NCBI GenBank assembly: GCA_012295275.1
Contig: CM022672.1
Coordinates: forward strand, 15,624,001 to 15,688,000
Length of the DNA stretch: 64,000 nucleotides
Source of the DNA: Chrysomallon squamiferum
Taxonomy: Eukaryota; Animalia; Mollusca
Reading direction: 5' to 3'
Shown here: piece after piece, positions 41,172 to 54,700 of the stretch
Numbering within the stretch: the stretch's first letter is position 1
How the letters are laid out: the number at the start of each line of letters is the position of its first letter
Program-made: the position numbers and the translations under genes
Notes under the pieces: generated by a model
What the model was told of the DNA's origin: nothing
What the model saw: the letters and a program-made list of their open reading frames with translations, nothing else
The model's database searches: none

Positions 41172-44100
41172 AAAAAAAATAAATTTAAAAAAAAAAAAAA
41201 AATTTAAACAAAACAAAAAAATAATAAAACTAAGTAAATAAATAGAATAAATTTTTTTTTTTTTTTTTAAATAGTAGCATGAATAAATACTTTATTTCCT
41301 TTATACTTAAATGAGAAATACAAAAATTCAAGCATGCATTTGTGATTGAGCCTTGGTAAGAAGTTGGGTATCAAATAGAATGTAGTGCAAAGATAAAACT
41401 GAACTGAGAACAGCAGCATAATGATTCACCAGACAATAAAAGCCAATGCATAGCTTATGTAAGGTGCAGCATAATAACTAAGAAAATAGAGACCTGTTTC
41501 CAATGTCTACATGATACAGGAAAATGCAGTTTTACAATATTATTATTTAAAAAAAAAAAAAAAAAATGTTTAAAAAAAAAAAATCTATCAGAACAGCAAA
41601 AAGTATAAGAACAATAAATCAGAAGTTAGAACCATTTTAATAAATAATTTCCAACCCATCTAATTTCTACAGCAGTTATTTTAGATAAAAAGATGATAAA
41701 TTATGGAAAAAAAAAAGAAAAAAAGTAGAGCAACTTACAGTCATCTGAAATATTAAAAAAATAAATAAATAAAAGCATCAGAATAATTAAATATTATTAC
41801 TATTCTAATTTTTAAAAAAGTAACGTCATTTTTGTAAATTTTTAAAATTTGTATATACACTCATTTATTTATGTAATGGTTTAAAAAAAAAAAAAAAAAT
41901 ACAGAATAAAAGGATTACCTTTGTTGAACTGCTGCAGGATATATATTTCATAATATTTTTATTTATTTATTTACTTATTTTTAATTCTCTTACTGAAATA
42001 AAAAAAGTCCTTGTTTTATTTTATCTGTTAAATACAGGTTTTTGTATTCTTGTTTTGAAAAGTTTATGTGTAACTGCAGATAATCATGAAAGAAAATACC
42101 AATGATGTAAAGGCACAAAAAAACCTATAAGAAACAAGAATGAAACGAATTAAATGGCTAGATTCAGCACTATTGATGATTGTAACAATTATTTATTAGT
42201 TTGAAAAGTTCTGCTTTATATTTACTAACACTTATGACGAAACGGTTAGATTGTGTTTAATTGGAAACAAAACATATATGATTCAACGCTGATCCCAGTC
42301 ATAAGTGAATATTCACACCTTAATTTGTATTTTTATTTATGTGTTTATTTGTTATTTGTTTTTAGCTTTGCTTGTTAGAATTTTTTTCTCTCATATTCTA
42401 CTTTACCCAAATTGTTTAAATACACCTGGATTTATTCCATGAATTATCTTTGATTTCATGATGAGGTACACAGGTAATCTAGATTTAAAAATAATATTGT
42501 GCCCTGCCATTAGATGTTATATAATAAGACATGTTCAGTGATAAATATTTACATTTTTGAATACCAACACCAAAGTATTTTTTATCAAGAATTTTACAAA
42601 TTGAAAGACTAAACAGAAAGATTCATGCATGCTACAGTTACAAAAGTAAGCCAACAAAAAAAAAAAAAAAAAATAATAATAATAATAATAATAAAATAAA
42701 AATTTTAAAAAATATAATAAATATAATAAATAAATAAATAAATAAATAAGTAAATAAGTAAATAAAATAAATAAAAAATAAATAAATAAATAAATAAATA
42801 AATTAAATTAAATTAAATTAAATTAAATTAAATTAAATTAAATAAAGAAAACAGAGCAGCTTGAATGTGGGTTTTTTAAAATAACTAGTGTTGAGATTTT
42901 TCTTCTTCTTCTGTACATATTTTTTACTTGAATGTGACTATTTTGTACAATATATGAGTCAAGGTTCAAAGTATACAAATTTTCAAATATAAATTTTGAA
43001 AATAAATTTGAAAAAAAAAAAAAAAAAATCTTGAAGTGACTTGTACAAAAAATTACAAGACTAAACAAATACATCAAAACTCACACCAAAATTTTAATAT
43101 CATTATGTTTTAAAATAATTATTTTTCTTGAAATTTTTTTACTTAATCTTTAGAAATTTGATAAGATTACCTTAAACAAATTAAAACATTTTAAATAAAG
43201 CAATGCAATTTGTTATTTATTTACAATGTCTTTTCAATGTTTTTAAATTTATTAAAATTGAAACAACTATCAAAACGGTTTAAAGATTGGTGTGAACTGA
43301 ACTATAACAAATATTTTAAACTTATCTAAGATGCAATATCAAATAAAAAAAAATTAAAGATTACCTTGACCTCCAGGGTACAAAGTTCGAAATGCTTTTC
43401 CAAGATCTTCAGCTTGAATTTTGCCAGCTGGTGTCAATTCTCCACCCCATTTAACAATAAGAACTAGCGATGGTTCTCTGGGAACTTCATCTATAAACAA
43501 TAAATGTCAATGCTGACAATAACATTACAATCATTTATATAAATAATAAATATTACAACAATTTATACATGTAATGAACATTGTTACATCAATTTACTTA
43601 TAAATTTTAAAATATTGCAGACATAATTGTGTTCACAATTACTTTTTATACAGCTGAATGTGAATTTTCTCTGAAAACTTCATTTCTGTTCTCACTGCAT
43701 TTATTAAATATCAACTTTATTTTAAATGTTTCATGTTTTAAATATACCCATAAAAAAGAACACTTTCTTTTACCAGATTTTTTAATATTCAGTTTCAATG
43801 TAAATACAAAATAAACTTTATGGATATGATGAATTTTCACAACTAAACATAATATAATGACACATATTATTTTTGTATAAATGGCTTATGAAAACTAACA
43901 AAAAAAGGAAAAAGCAGTAATGAACTATACATACATTTACCATTCATAAAATAACTAACTTCAAAGAATAATATTATATAATATGCTGTTAATAATTTGA
44001 AAATTATAATTTTAAAAAATATAAAATATTATCATTAGTGATTGGTGCTATGAACAACATTGGCAAGTTACAAAATATCAAACACTTCTAAAAAAAACAT

Positions 44101-44715
44101 TAGTACTTTTTAAATTAGTTTTTTCTTGCACATGTTATAATAATAATAATAAATAGTAATAAAAATAGGAGTAATAAATAGTATCAATAATAATAATAAA
44201 TAATAAATGTAACAAAGACAAAAAACAATAATAAATATATGATGATGATGATGATGATGATGTTGATATATAAAATAATATAATAAGGAGAATTTTTTTT
44301 TACAATGTTAAAATGAGAATACTGATGAGCTGTATATAACTTTAAAAAATCAGTAATGCTATTGCATTAGTGTTGGATATTAGAAATTTAGTTTCCGTGC
44401 CAAACACAAATTAGAATCACAAAATGTAGTCATTTGTTACTATGCAAAATTCTGAACTAGAAAAAGCATTTTACATTTCAATCGTTGATGTTCTTACTTC
44501 ATGGTAATTTACAACATTGTAAACACAGAATGAATTAAATAATAGAGGCTTAATTTTGGATAAATGAAAAACACACACAGTGATTCAATAAGCAAGTTGA
44601 AATTATATTACAGTTACGTATCGATCTTGCAAGCATATGTGAGTGAGTGGTGACAAATGTGATATTTGTGTTTACAAAATAATTTTATTTATTTATTTAT
44701 GTATTATAATTATTA

Positions 44716-44757
<42 letters not shown>

Positions 44758-45786
44758 GCATTGTAGTTTTCTTATTTTCCATTATTATTTATTGATGTTT
44801 TTTAACTATCTCAGCAATTTTTTTCTTTCAGTATTAGGATGCTAACTAGAAATTAAATCTGCTTTTGGAGATCAATTACTGTCATTTTTGAAAATAATAT
44901 TATGTCAAGTAAGGATTAAACAAATTATTATATAAATATGAATCTTATGAAATGAAAAAATTTTTTTTTTTTTTTTAAAACAATTGTCAACATTTTATAA
45001 ATACATGAATTGTACAGTGTATTGACTTTACAATTCTTGACATAAACTGTTTTAACTTTTAAGCTTCTTAAACAAAAATAATTATTTTTACATTTAATTT
45101 CATTTCCTTTTTAACCATTGTAGAAAGGAGAGAAACAGAGACAGGAACAACAAGCCTTAATAGTATTTTTGCATAATTAACAAAATATAATGGATTAATT
45201 ATACTAGTTCAGAAAGGAAGGAGTTTGAGCAGCAGATTAATATCACTTCCAATATATAATAATAAAAAAATAATAATTCAGTGTTTATATCGCAGAAATG
45301 TAAAGAAAGATGATAGACAGAAGATTAAAACTGAAAAAAAAAAAAAAAATTATGGAGACACTCATTTCAACAAAAGATGACCAAACATTCATTCCCATCT
45401 GTCACATAAAATTCTAGAATATATTCCACAACAAACAGTTAAAGTTCTTTTTAAACCCTTTGCATGCTTTTAATATATAAAGAAAGGAATTGATTATAGT
45501 GAAAGGTAGAAGCAGTTAGTAAAAACAGCTTTGGAGAAACTCTTTTGCATGCTCTCAAAGATGTTTCTTGTAGATCAGTTTAAAATTTATATATCTAAAA
45601 ACACACTAGTAAATTAGAAACGTATTAAAGTATTAAAGACCGGCCAAAAAGTAAAAATTTTAGTCATCCATTTAGAAACTAGCTTTCCATGCCTTGACAG
45701 TAATAATTTTTTTTTATATCAGTTTAATTTTAAAATTCAAGAACAGAAAAAAAACAAAATAAATAATTGATAATAATAACAATAAC

Positions 45787-45835
<49 letters not shown>

Positions 45836-48729
45836 GTAATAATAAAGCCTCTAGAAAAAAGGATTACTTTTAACATAGGTCATTAAATGAAATTTCATAA
45901 ACACCTGTCATACATGCTAAAATACAGGTAGATAGCATTAACTTCATTTTTCATTTGTTTTCTATAGATTTAATAAAAGAAAAATAAATGAAAAAAAAAA
46001 CATTTATACCATGAACATAAATTCATAGACTTTAGCATAAGAAAGATTATAATTTTTACAAAGTACTTGAGATTTAAAAATGGTAGCATTTCTATCACAA
46101 CTGATCAACTTATAACATTTGAGGCTGCAATAACTTAGTAAAAACACGTGCAATTTTCCAACCACCATCATCAAAAAATAAAATAAATAAATTAATATGC
46201 ATTTATTTTTAAATTGAGGGCAAACACATGTTATTAAAATCAAATAAAAGGAAAAATCAAAATTTCCAGGATAAAACCCACAACAAACTTTTGACGATAT
46301 AATCTGTTAATGTTAAAATGGTGTAACTGTGAATGTCATGTCTAAGATTTCCAAGATCCCTAATTGTGACCATTCAGAGAGTACAATGGTATTTTTAAAA
46401 AGAAATGAAATATTACAAATATTTTATCACCGATATATACTGGGTGAGCATTGTAAAATTATGATTTAAACAATTTGTATTATTAAACTTAAATCAGCAG
46501 CCAAATTAAGGGTACTTTTATATCTGATTGGAAACTAATACATCCCTAACATTTATCTTACTGTTTGAATGTTCAAAAAATTAATAATTTTGTTTATTGA
46601 AATTATTACTGTAATAATAAAATGTAAGATTTTCACATAGTGTCATTTTTATTTTTTATATTCCAGGTGAAAGACTTCATCTGGAGAATCTTAATCTAAA
46701 AAGTGAAAAATAGATTGATTTATTTGTACTATTTCAAAACAAAAATATATTAGAATCACTGTACACTTTAGTTAAATACAATGATGATTATACTGCAGCA
46801 TAAACATCTTCATACTAGGTAAGAAAATAGGCTACAGACATCAATGTATGCAATTAATATGAAGACTGTCGCAAACCTTTTGGTTTTAGGGGATTTTTTT
46901 TTTGTACTAGCAAAACTACATTAATGTGATATAACTTGGTAAATGTTCTGGTTAAATAATACCTATCCTGGGTTGACAAGAGTCATCTATATTCTCATAT
47001 TGGACTGCTTGCTCACCTAAATCCAAAGAAAAAGATTAGTTTCTGTCTAAAACTCAACAAATAGTGCAATGAAATTAACTTTCTCCTTTCTTTTCTCATT
47101 TTCATTTACAATAGTTAATCATCAAATAATAATAATAAAAATATTTATGTATACATGTTTCTACCAGTAGCATCTGAAAAGAAAGATTAATGAATTAATA
47201 AAAAAGAAAAACTGAACTAAAATAGAAAGAAACTGAAAATTGAAGCAACCGTGTATTTGGGCAGTTCCAAAAACTTGTACAAGAAAAACCTGGGGAGACT
47301 TGATTTGCTGTAGTAAAAGTTAATATACCACTACCATCTTCACTGTCTGTGTCAGTGCATGGACACAAATATATGTCTTGATTAATATCAGTAACGAGAT
47401 AATTTGTACCTGAACTCTGGTCTTAGAAACTGAAACCCACAAGTTAAGACAACTCATGCCAATCTTATCCTTTTTAACTCTGAATTCTGTATTTAGTGGC
47501 TCTTGTTTTGTTTATTGGTTTATGGATTCACCGAAGTTAAATTTCCCAATTTGTTAAAATAAAAATAATTGAGATTATTCTGAGCTATGGTTAAAAAATG
47601 TCCTTCAAAGGTCTCTTTGAAATTATCTCTTTTGAGGATAATTTAATTTTTATGTGTGTGTGTGTGTGTGTCACCTTCTCAAAGATATTTTTGGAACCAC
47701 CCTTAAAGACTGTATAAATATATAAAGATTAATGAAAACAGTAACAAGAAAAAACTAGCATAACTAGAACTTAATTTAAAGAGCACCATCACAAATTAAT
47801 TGATAAATTCACAAACAGAAAGCAATGCTACCTGCTCACAACATCATTGAAAACGTTATTAATTTAAAATTTACATTTAAAAACTAATCTATGTTCTAAA
47901 AAGCAGTTTACAATTAAGAATCAGCATTAAAATATATCACTCTTCTTTTAATTCATCTTTGTATTATTAGAAACAAAATTTAAAATACAATAATAATAAT
48001 AACAATCTGAAAAATGTTTAGTTTTTTCACTCAAACTGTTGACAGCAGTCAGGCAACATATGGCTTCTTAACATTCAGGAACTAAAAAATTAGCAAAATT
48101 AATGAATTAATTAAACCAAAAAATAAATAATACGCAGACAACAGGAATATTTTTTTCAGGAACATTTTGCAGTGACAGATGTATGAATGCATTTTCACTG
48201 AAAATTTCACTCTATATTCTGCTTCTGTTTTTTTCAACCAAAAATAAAATAAAAAATAAAGTTCTAATTGAGATAAAAAATGTTCCTTTGATATGCTAAA
48301 GAAACCATAATGTATGCAATATTTAAAAAAAATAAACACCTTTCTAAGCAAAATGTTACTAAAAAGAATTTTAAAATTTAAAATTTCAAGACATGTGCCA
48401 AAGTCTTTTTGACTGAACTGTATGTTTTGTAATTTTTTTTTAAGTTTTCTTTATTTTTATATCAATAAATATTTATTTTAATCAGTTTTTGCTTTTAGAA
48501 TTTAAATAAATATAAAAAAAACCAGACAGTTGTAATGAGCACTGTAATAATAAAACAGATGTGCGTGAATGGATGAGATAAATGTGCAAAAAAACTGTGA
48601 ATTACTGATTATCAATTATGCAGTGGACTGTAATATAATTATCTTTAAATACATTTATCTTCTTTCGTGCTATGATTATATACTGTGAATCTAATGGGTT
48701 GTTTTTTTCAACCAAACAGATAATACCAA

Positions 48730-48760
<31 letters not shown>

Positions 48761-51700
48761 GCAATGTTTTCAACAGCACTACAAGTCAAGATAAAAGGGC
48801 TGTGGCACATGAGTGTGGGTAACATCTAAACGGCAGCAAGCCAAACATTACAAACCATCGCTAGAGGAGCCTCTTGGTCGGCCCCAGGGCTGATATTTAA
48901 ACTGAATCTTGCGATTGATCCCCGTGAACTCATACCTACAGACGGACGGACAGAAAAAGTGCATTCAAAATCCAAGTTTAAGAGAACAAAAATGTTGTGT
49001 TTAGTAAATGAAAGTTTTACATTTGTAGAATAATCCTCTGTATGTTTTTTTTTGTTGTTGTTTTTTTAAAAAAGAAACAATAAATATTGAATAATTTAAA
49101 ATTAGCATTAAATTACTAACCAATAATCTTTTAAATTTATAATTTTAAATTTATAATTATTTTTTTTAATATATTTCCACATCGTTATGGATCAAAGCTA
49201 ACAAATAAAATAAGAAATATGCTTGTTTTAATAGAAATCATTTCCAAAATAAATTTTTATTAAAAAAAAAAAAAAGAATTATAAAATTAATTTAGCTGTT
49301 TAACCAAAGGTTTTTTAAATGTTATTATTAGTATTTTATATTTGCTTTAATTTAGTATCTTAGTTCTCAAAAAGGTACTTTATTTTATCATAATATATCA
49401 GTTATGTATTTTTGTTTTCTTTAAAGTTGTTTCCCACAAAAATATCAAGCATTGTATAATTTTTTTTAAAACCAATGCCATTTTAATTTTTTAAATATTA
49501 TAAGCATACAGAGATGATTCTACAGAAGTTGTTAACCGTGTATACTTCTTTCAAAGAAATCCTCTGAAATCTAAGAAATAAATATTCATTAGTCAACTAA
49601 TCTAGTCCTGGCATGAGTGAGCCCTGATGCTGAAACTGTACCATTGTTTAACACAAACCCTCTGAATGTGCAAGTAATCCTGTGACTAGTGAAGAAGCTG
49701 ACTGCTAAAAGCTACTAAAACGAGTGTTTACAAAGTGCTAATACTTAAATCATAAATACCCATGCATGGACATGCAAGGCCACTATTTTTTGTCTAGGAT
49801 CTGTAACAGTATGTGCTTTTCATAAAAACCTTAGACTGTATAAATCTAAAAAAAAAATATTTTAAAAGAAAATATTTTTTTCACAAAATCATTTTATTGT
49901 CATGAAATGACAGTTCATTTCCTTATTAATTTATTTTCAAATTTTCAAATGAAGACAAATTTGACAGCTAAATTATTAGACTGTTTTTCATGATCTTTAG
50001 TGCTGTAGATTTTTGATTATTCACATTAGAATGTGTAAGAAAATAATTCAATTTCATAATCAGAAAAAAAACGTTTCTTTTTTTAGTTTTTACATTTTTA
50101 AATGTTATTATTAGTATTGTAATTAATTTTTTTTTAATTTTAATATTAAATAAAAACAGATATTTTCTTTCTGATAATTTTTAAATAAATAAATAAATAA
50201 ATAAATCACTGGTTAACAAAATACTGGAAACATCTAACATGACAGAGATATTTGTCATTTTGACTTTCTTTAGGAAAAGCAGTTTTTGCTACAGACCACA
50301 TTATGCAACAGAAATACAAGAAAAAGAGGACTGAAATATGAAGATTACACACCCTCCTCACTGGACGAGCGTTTGGGTCGACCCATAGGCTGATACTTCA
50401 ACTGCACCTTGCGATTTATTCCAGAAAAATGACCATACCTGCAAATTTAATTGGCCATTCACCTTGTAGGATGGTTGCAATACAGTGACAAAACAGTTGG
50501 GAAGAAAACATGACAGACATAAATTTTAAATCATAAACAAGTGCCTGTTTGTACATGACACAACACTGAAAAGCTAATTCTGATTATTATTTCTTATTTA
50601 GCAATGTCTGAAGATAAAACTTAAATTTTCAACTGAATAATGTTAACTGTAATTAATATTAATTATAAGATGATTTCTAACTTTTAAACATAATTTTGTG
50701 GCAAATAAATGCTACAATTATGTACAGATTTTTTATTAGAATATTTACTATTAACAAAACAATATTCAATAAACATGTGCAAAGCAGCAAAACTGTATCT
50801 AAAGGGTAATTAGCCATAAATCTACAATTATTTTGTTTTTATAAACAACAAAATAACTTTAAAGTACGAACAATCATTTAAAATTAATTTTAATGAACAC
50901 TGATTACATCATAATAATGTAATGATTTTCAGATGAAAATGTTGGTTATAGTAATCATGCAAAACACAGATTGACTAAGAGACAAAATAACCATCACACA
51001 GTCAGTGATCACACAAAGTGTCCAAAAGAAAAAAAAAAGGGTATAGGGAGATATTATTTGAAACAGATTTAACTATTAAAATAAGAAACCATTTTAAACA
51101 TTTTGCATCCTGTCATGCAAACAAACACTACAATTAAATATTTAAAACTATAAGTTACTTTTTGTATTTCAAATATCGTCAGGAAATCTTAAATGTTTAC
51201 TTTGTACTGAAACTGAGTTTTAACTGTAACAGGTAATTTAAAAAATTACAAAGTTCTAACCCTAATTACAAAAAGGAAACCAGTAAAATAAATTAGATAA
51301 TTCCATGTTGTTTAAAATTGCAGTGTTGAAGACAATTTTTTTAAATTAAAAGTACAACTCTTATAAAAATATAAAATTATTTACTCACATTTCAAGAACA
51401 AGTTTCAGTTGCTGCAACTTAGCTTTCTTTTCTTCAACCTCAGGATCAATAAATTCTTTATTCTCACTCAGTAAATATCGCACAATATCAAGCACTTCCT
51501 GCAACTGCTTCGGTTTTTTCAGTTTTAAATGTGAAGTCTTAAATCCACCATATTTTTCAAATAATTCAAAAAACCTAAAACAGACAGTTCAGGGTGTAAA
51601 AATTAAATAAAATGTGTAATCTCTTTTTTTTTTCTTGTTTGGAAGCCTACAATTTCATAATAAGCATGTTAATAATAATATAAATAAATAAATAAATAAA

Positions 51701-54700
51701 TAAAAATTAAATTAGAAACAAACTGGAATTAAACATAACTAAAATGACATTAAATATTTTTTTATTTAAGTTTTTCTCATAACAATGAATAAAATACGCA
51801 ATTTATTAGTATTGTGACTGATAAAAATCTGATACAATCTACTGAAGATTCTGTTACAACTCAAAGTATTGTGCTGCTAACCTGGTCTTTAAAGGTACAG
51901 AAGAAGACTGAAATTCTTACTTTGTATGTTTGACTTCCATCTTCATTTTCTGTTTAGGTGTCCTGTCTCCATGTCGAATAATAGCTGACACACACCTCAA
52001 CTCCATCCTGTAAAATACATTTTTTAAATTTCTTACAAATCTTTTAATAACTGATCTTTTAAATACAAAATAATTGTTAAAGTTTAAATGAATAATAGTA
52101 ATTCTGGAATATGAAAGAGTTTCTTTGCAGTTAATGTTTTGTTTCTAATAATGTGAAACTACTAATCCCTTTGTGGGAATGCTGCTATTTAACAACTGTT
52201 AAAAACTGATATGAAATTTTGGATGTAATCAGAAATAATCACTAGCTCCATTATTTTAATTAACAAGAATATATGAAATGAGTGGTTAAACACAAACACA
52301 CCTAGGCAAATCTATACATATACATACATACACATGGAGGTGAAGTATGTATGTGCATATTGATAAATAACCCCTGTAACTGGTCTCATATTAAAAATAT
52401 TCATGGTGACAGTTACTGAATTTTTAGCTCAGCACAGCAATACCAAATTCATTTATTTATGTCAACAGTCTTTTTATAACTGTCAAAAATAAAATTACTT
52501 TAAAAAACGTTATGAACACGATAATTTTTTAACTGCAAGGACTCTACTATCTTAAAGGATAAATAGTAATTACATAGGCCCCGAAGTGGTTGGAACCACA
52601 GGAATATCTTCTGGTGCAGCACCTAGAACCCAAGGTATCTCAAGCTGAAGCTGTGGGGCTAGGGCTCGAGTAATCATTGTTCTGAAAAACAAAAAAAATC
52701 ATAATAATATTTTATATTAAAGCAATTTTACAGAAACAGTCTAATTCAGCAACATGTCCAAGTACATTTATATTCTGGGATATAAACTTTCAATGGCTTA
52801 GATTTTTAATAACAGAATTTCAGTTATTTATTTTGATACTTAAATCCTGGAATAAACTTTCAAAGGTTCAAATGACTTTTAACATGCTAAGGTAGATAAA
52901 CAACACAATTTTCCATGTCACAATTAACATACATAACTTTATCATGTTTGTGCAAAGTCAAACAATGTTTTTGAAAATGTTGTAAATTAATTTCACAAAA
53001 TTCAATACTAAATAATTACCCTAGTATTTTTGCACAGTCATCGTAATACTTGCTAGATGTTTTCACAAAACTGAACCCATTAACATCACAGACATAGGAT
53101 TCTCCATTAGCTCTGAGCAAATCAAATCCACATATATTTTGCTATCAAAGAGAAAGCGTGAACTAATGTAACTAATCTTAGTGTAATGATAAAAGGAACC
53201 TAATAGTAATGCTATGTAAATATTATTTATTAACAATACTGAGAAATTGCAAGTATATTATTTAGAATAAACTTGAAAATTTAATGTGAAAACAACTCCT
53301 TATATTAATTTATAATTACATGAGTAAACAATCTGAAAACTACATGCATATGTGTGTTTGTTATGTATGTTTGTATGTGTGTGTGTGTGTATATATATAT
53401 ATACACAAACACACCTATTCACACACATATGTATATGCATATTTTGTAAAGATCAATGCTAAGAAGCAAAATTAGTATATACACTGTAGATAGCTGAATT
53501 TCTTTCTTACAGATTGATTACAAAATCACGTCACAGTTTTAATTCAATAATAAATCTGCCAGTATCAGGTAAAAACATGACAAACCTTAAATGCTTGACA
53601 CACTTTTTTTGCTATCATTTTTTCTTTTGCACTAAGGAGTACTGGATAGCGAATTTCTTTTCCATCCTGATCTCGTTCCACTTTGCCATCCAGTGCAGGA
53701 CTCTTGCGAGCTTCTGCATGAGCATAGTCTGGTCCAACAGTGTAAACCTTCCACAAATAAACATTAAATAATTACACTAATATATACAACATTATTTAGC
53801 AATAAAACAAAAATGTATTTCATAAACAGAGACATGAAAAAAAGCAGCAGTAATAGGTATAGTGGGTACTTATTAATCTGATATATGTCCACTTTGAATC
53901 ATACCAAATGTGGTTTTCTTTTTTGGAGTAAAATTGAAAATGTTTACTTTAAATACTATAAAAACAAAGTCTGAATTTGGAAACATAAAAGAATGTAAAT
54001 TGTATAACAATAATAATATTTGAATAACAGGGGTAAATACAGATTTGGTTTTAAATGCATTCAGCAGAGTTAAATCCACAACAACATATTTAATTAAAAT
54101 AAATAGTTTCCTCACCTTTACATCAGTACCATCAGTTGGCATAAACTCTTCATAAATGTAAGAACCAGATTTTCTTACTCTGCTCATTGGAGAATAAAAA
54201 CTACTACGGTCTTTGACCTGAAACAAAAGTAATTTAAAAACAATGAAATGGACTGAAAATATAAAGTTTAATGATATATTTCAGCATAAATACATTATAA
54301 CATGTAGTTATAACATCCTATCACTGTTCAGAAGAAAATCAAAGCATAGTCCAAAACAGGACAAACAAAAATGCTGTTATTTTATTCATTTTCACAACTG
54401 AATACAGACCTTTCTGAAAAGCCTTGTACTTCCACCACCAGCAGCAATTGGAAAGTATATATTGACATTATGATCTTCGGCATCAACTGGCTTTTCAACA
54501 AAAGGTTTCTGGAAGACAACACCATCAATTTCTATGGAATCTTCGGTTTCATGCACATCACCTAAAAATGACAAAATAAAAAATAGATGGTTAATACACA
54601 TATCACTTTTATTTACAGATGCTGCTAAATTTCACAGTGACCAAATCTGTAGTTTTTATGTTTCACTAATGATCACAATTACCATTCATTATATATTTAA

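Noticed and set aside
41919-41931. CAG|CAGTTCAACAAAG|GTAATC microexon-like segment
   Set aside because: 10 or 13 nt (frameshifting) and no polypyrimidine tract
49520-49575. Possible third mutually exclusive exon between A and B
   Set aside because: Acceptor-like TAG is present, but the translation has no similarity to GINRK..KYQP
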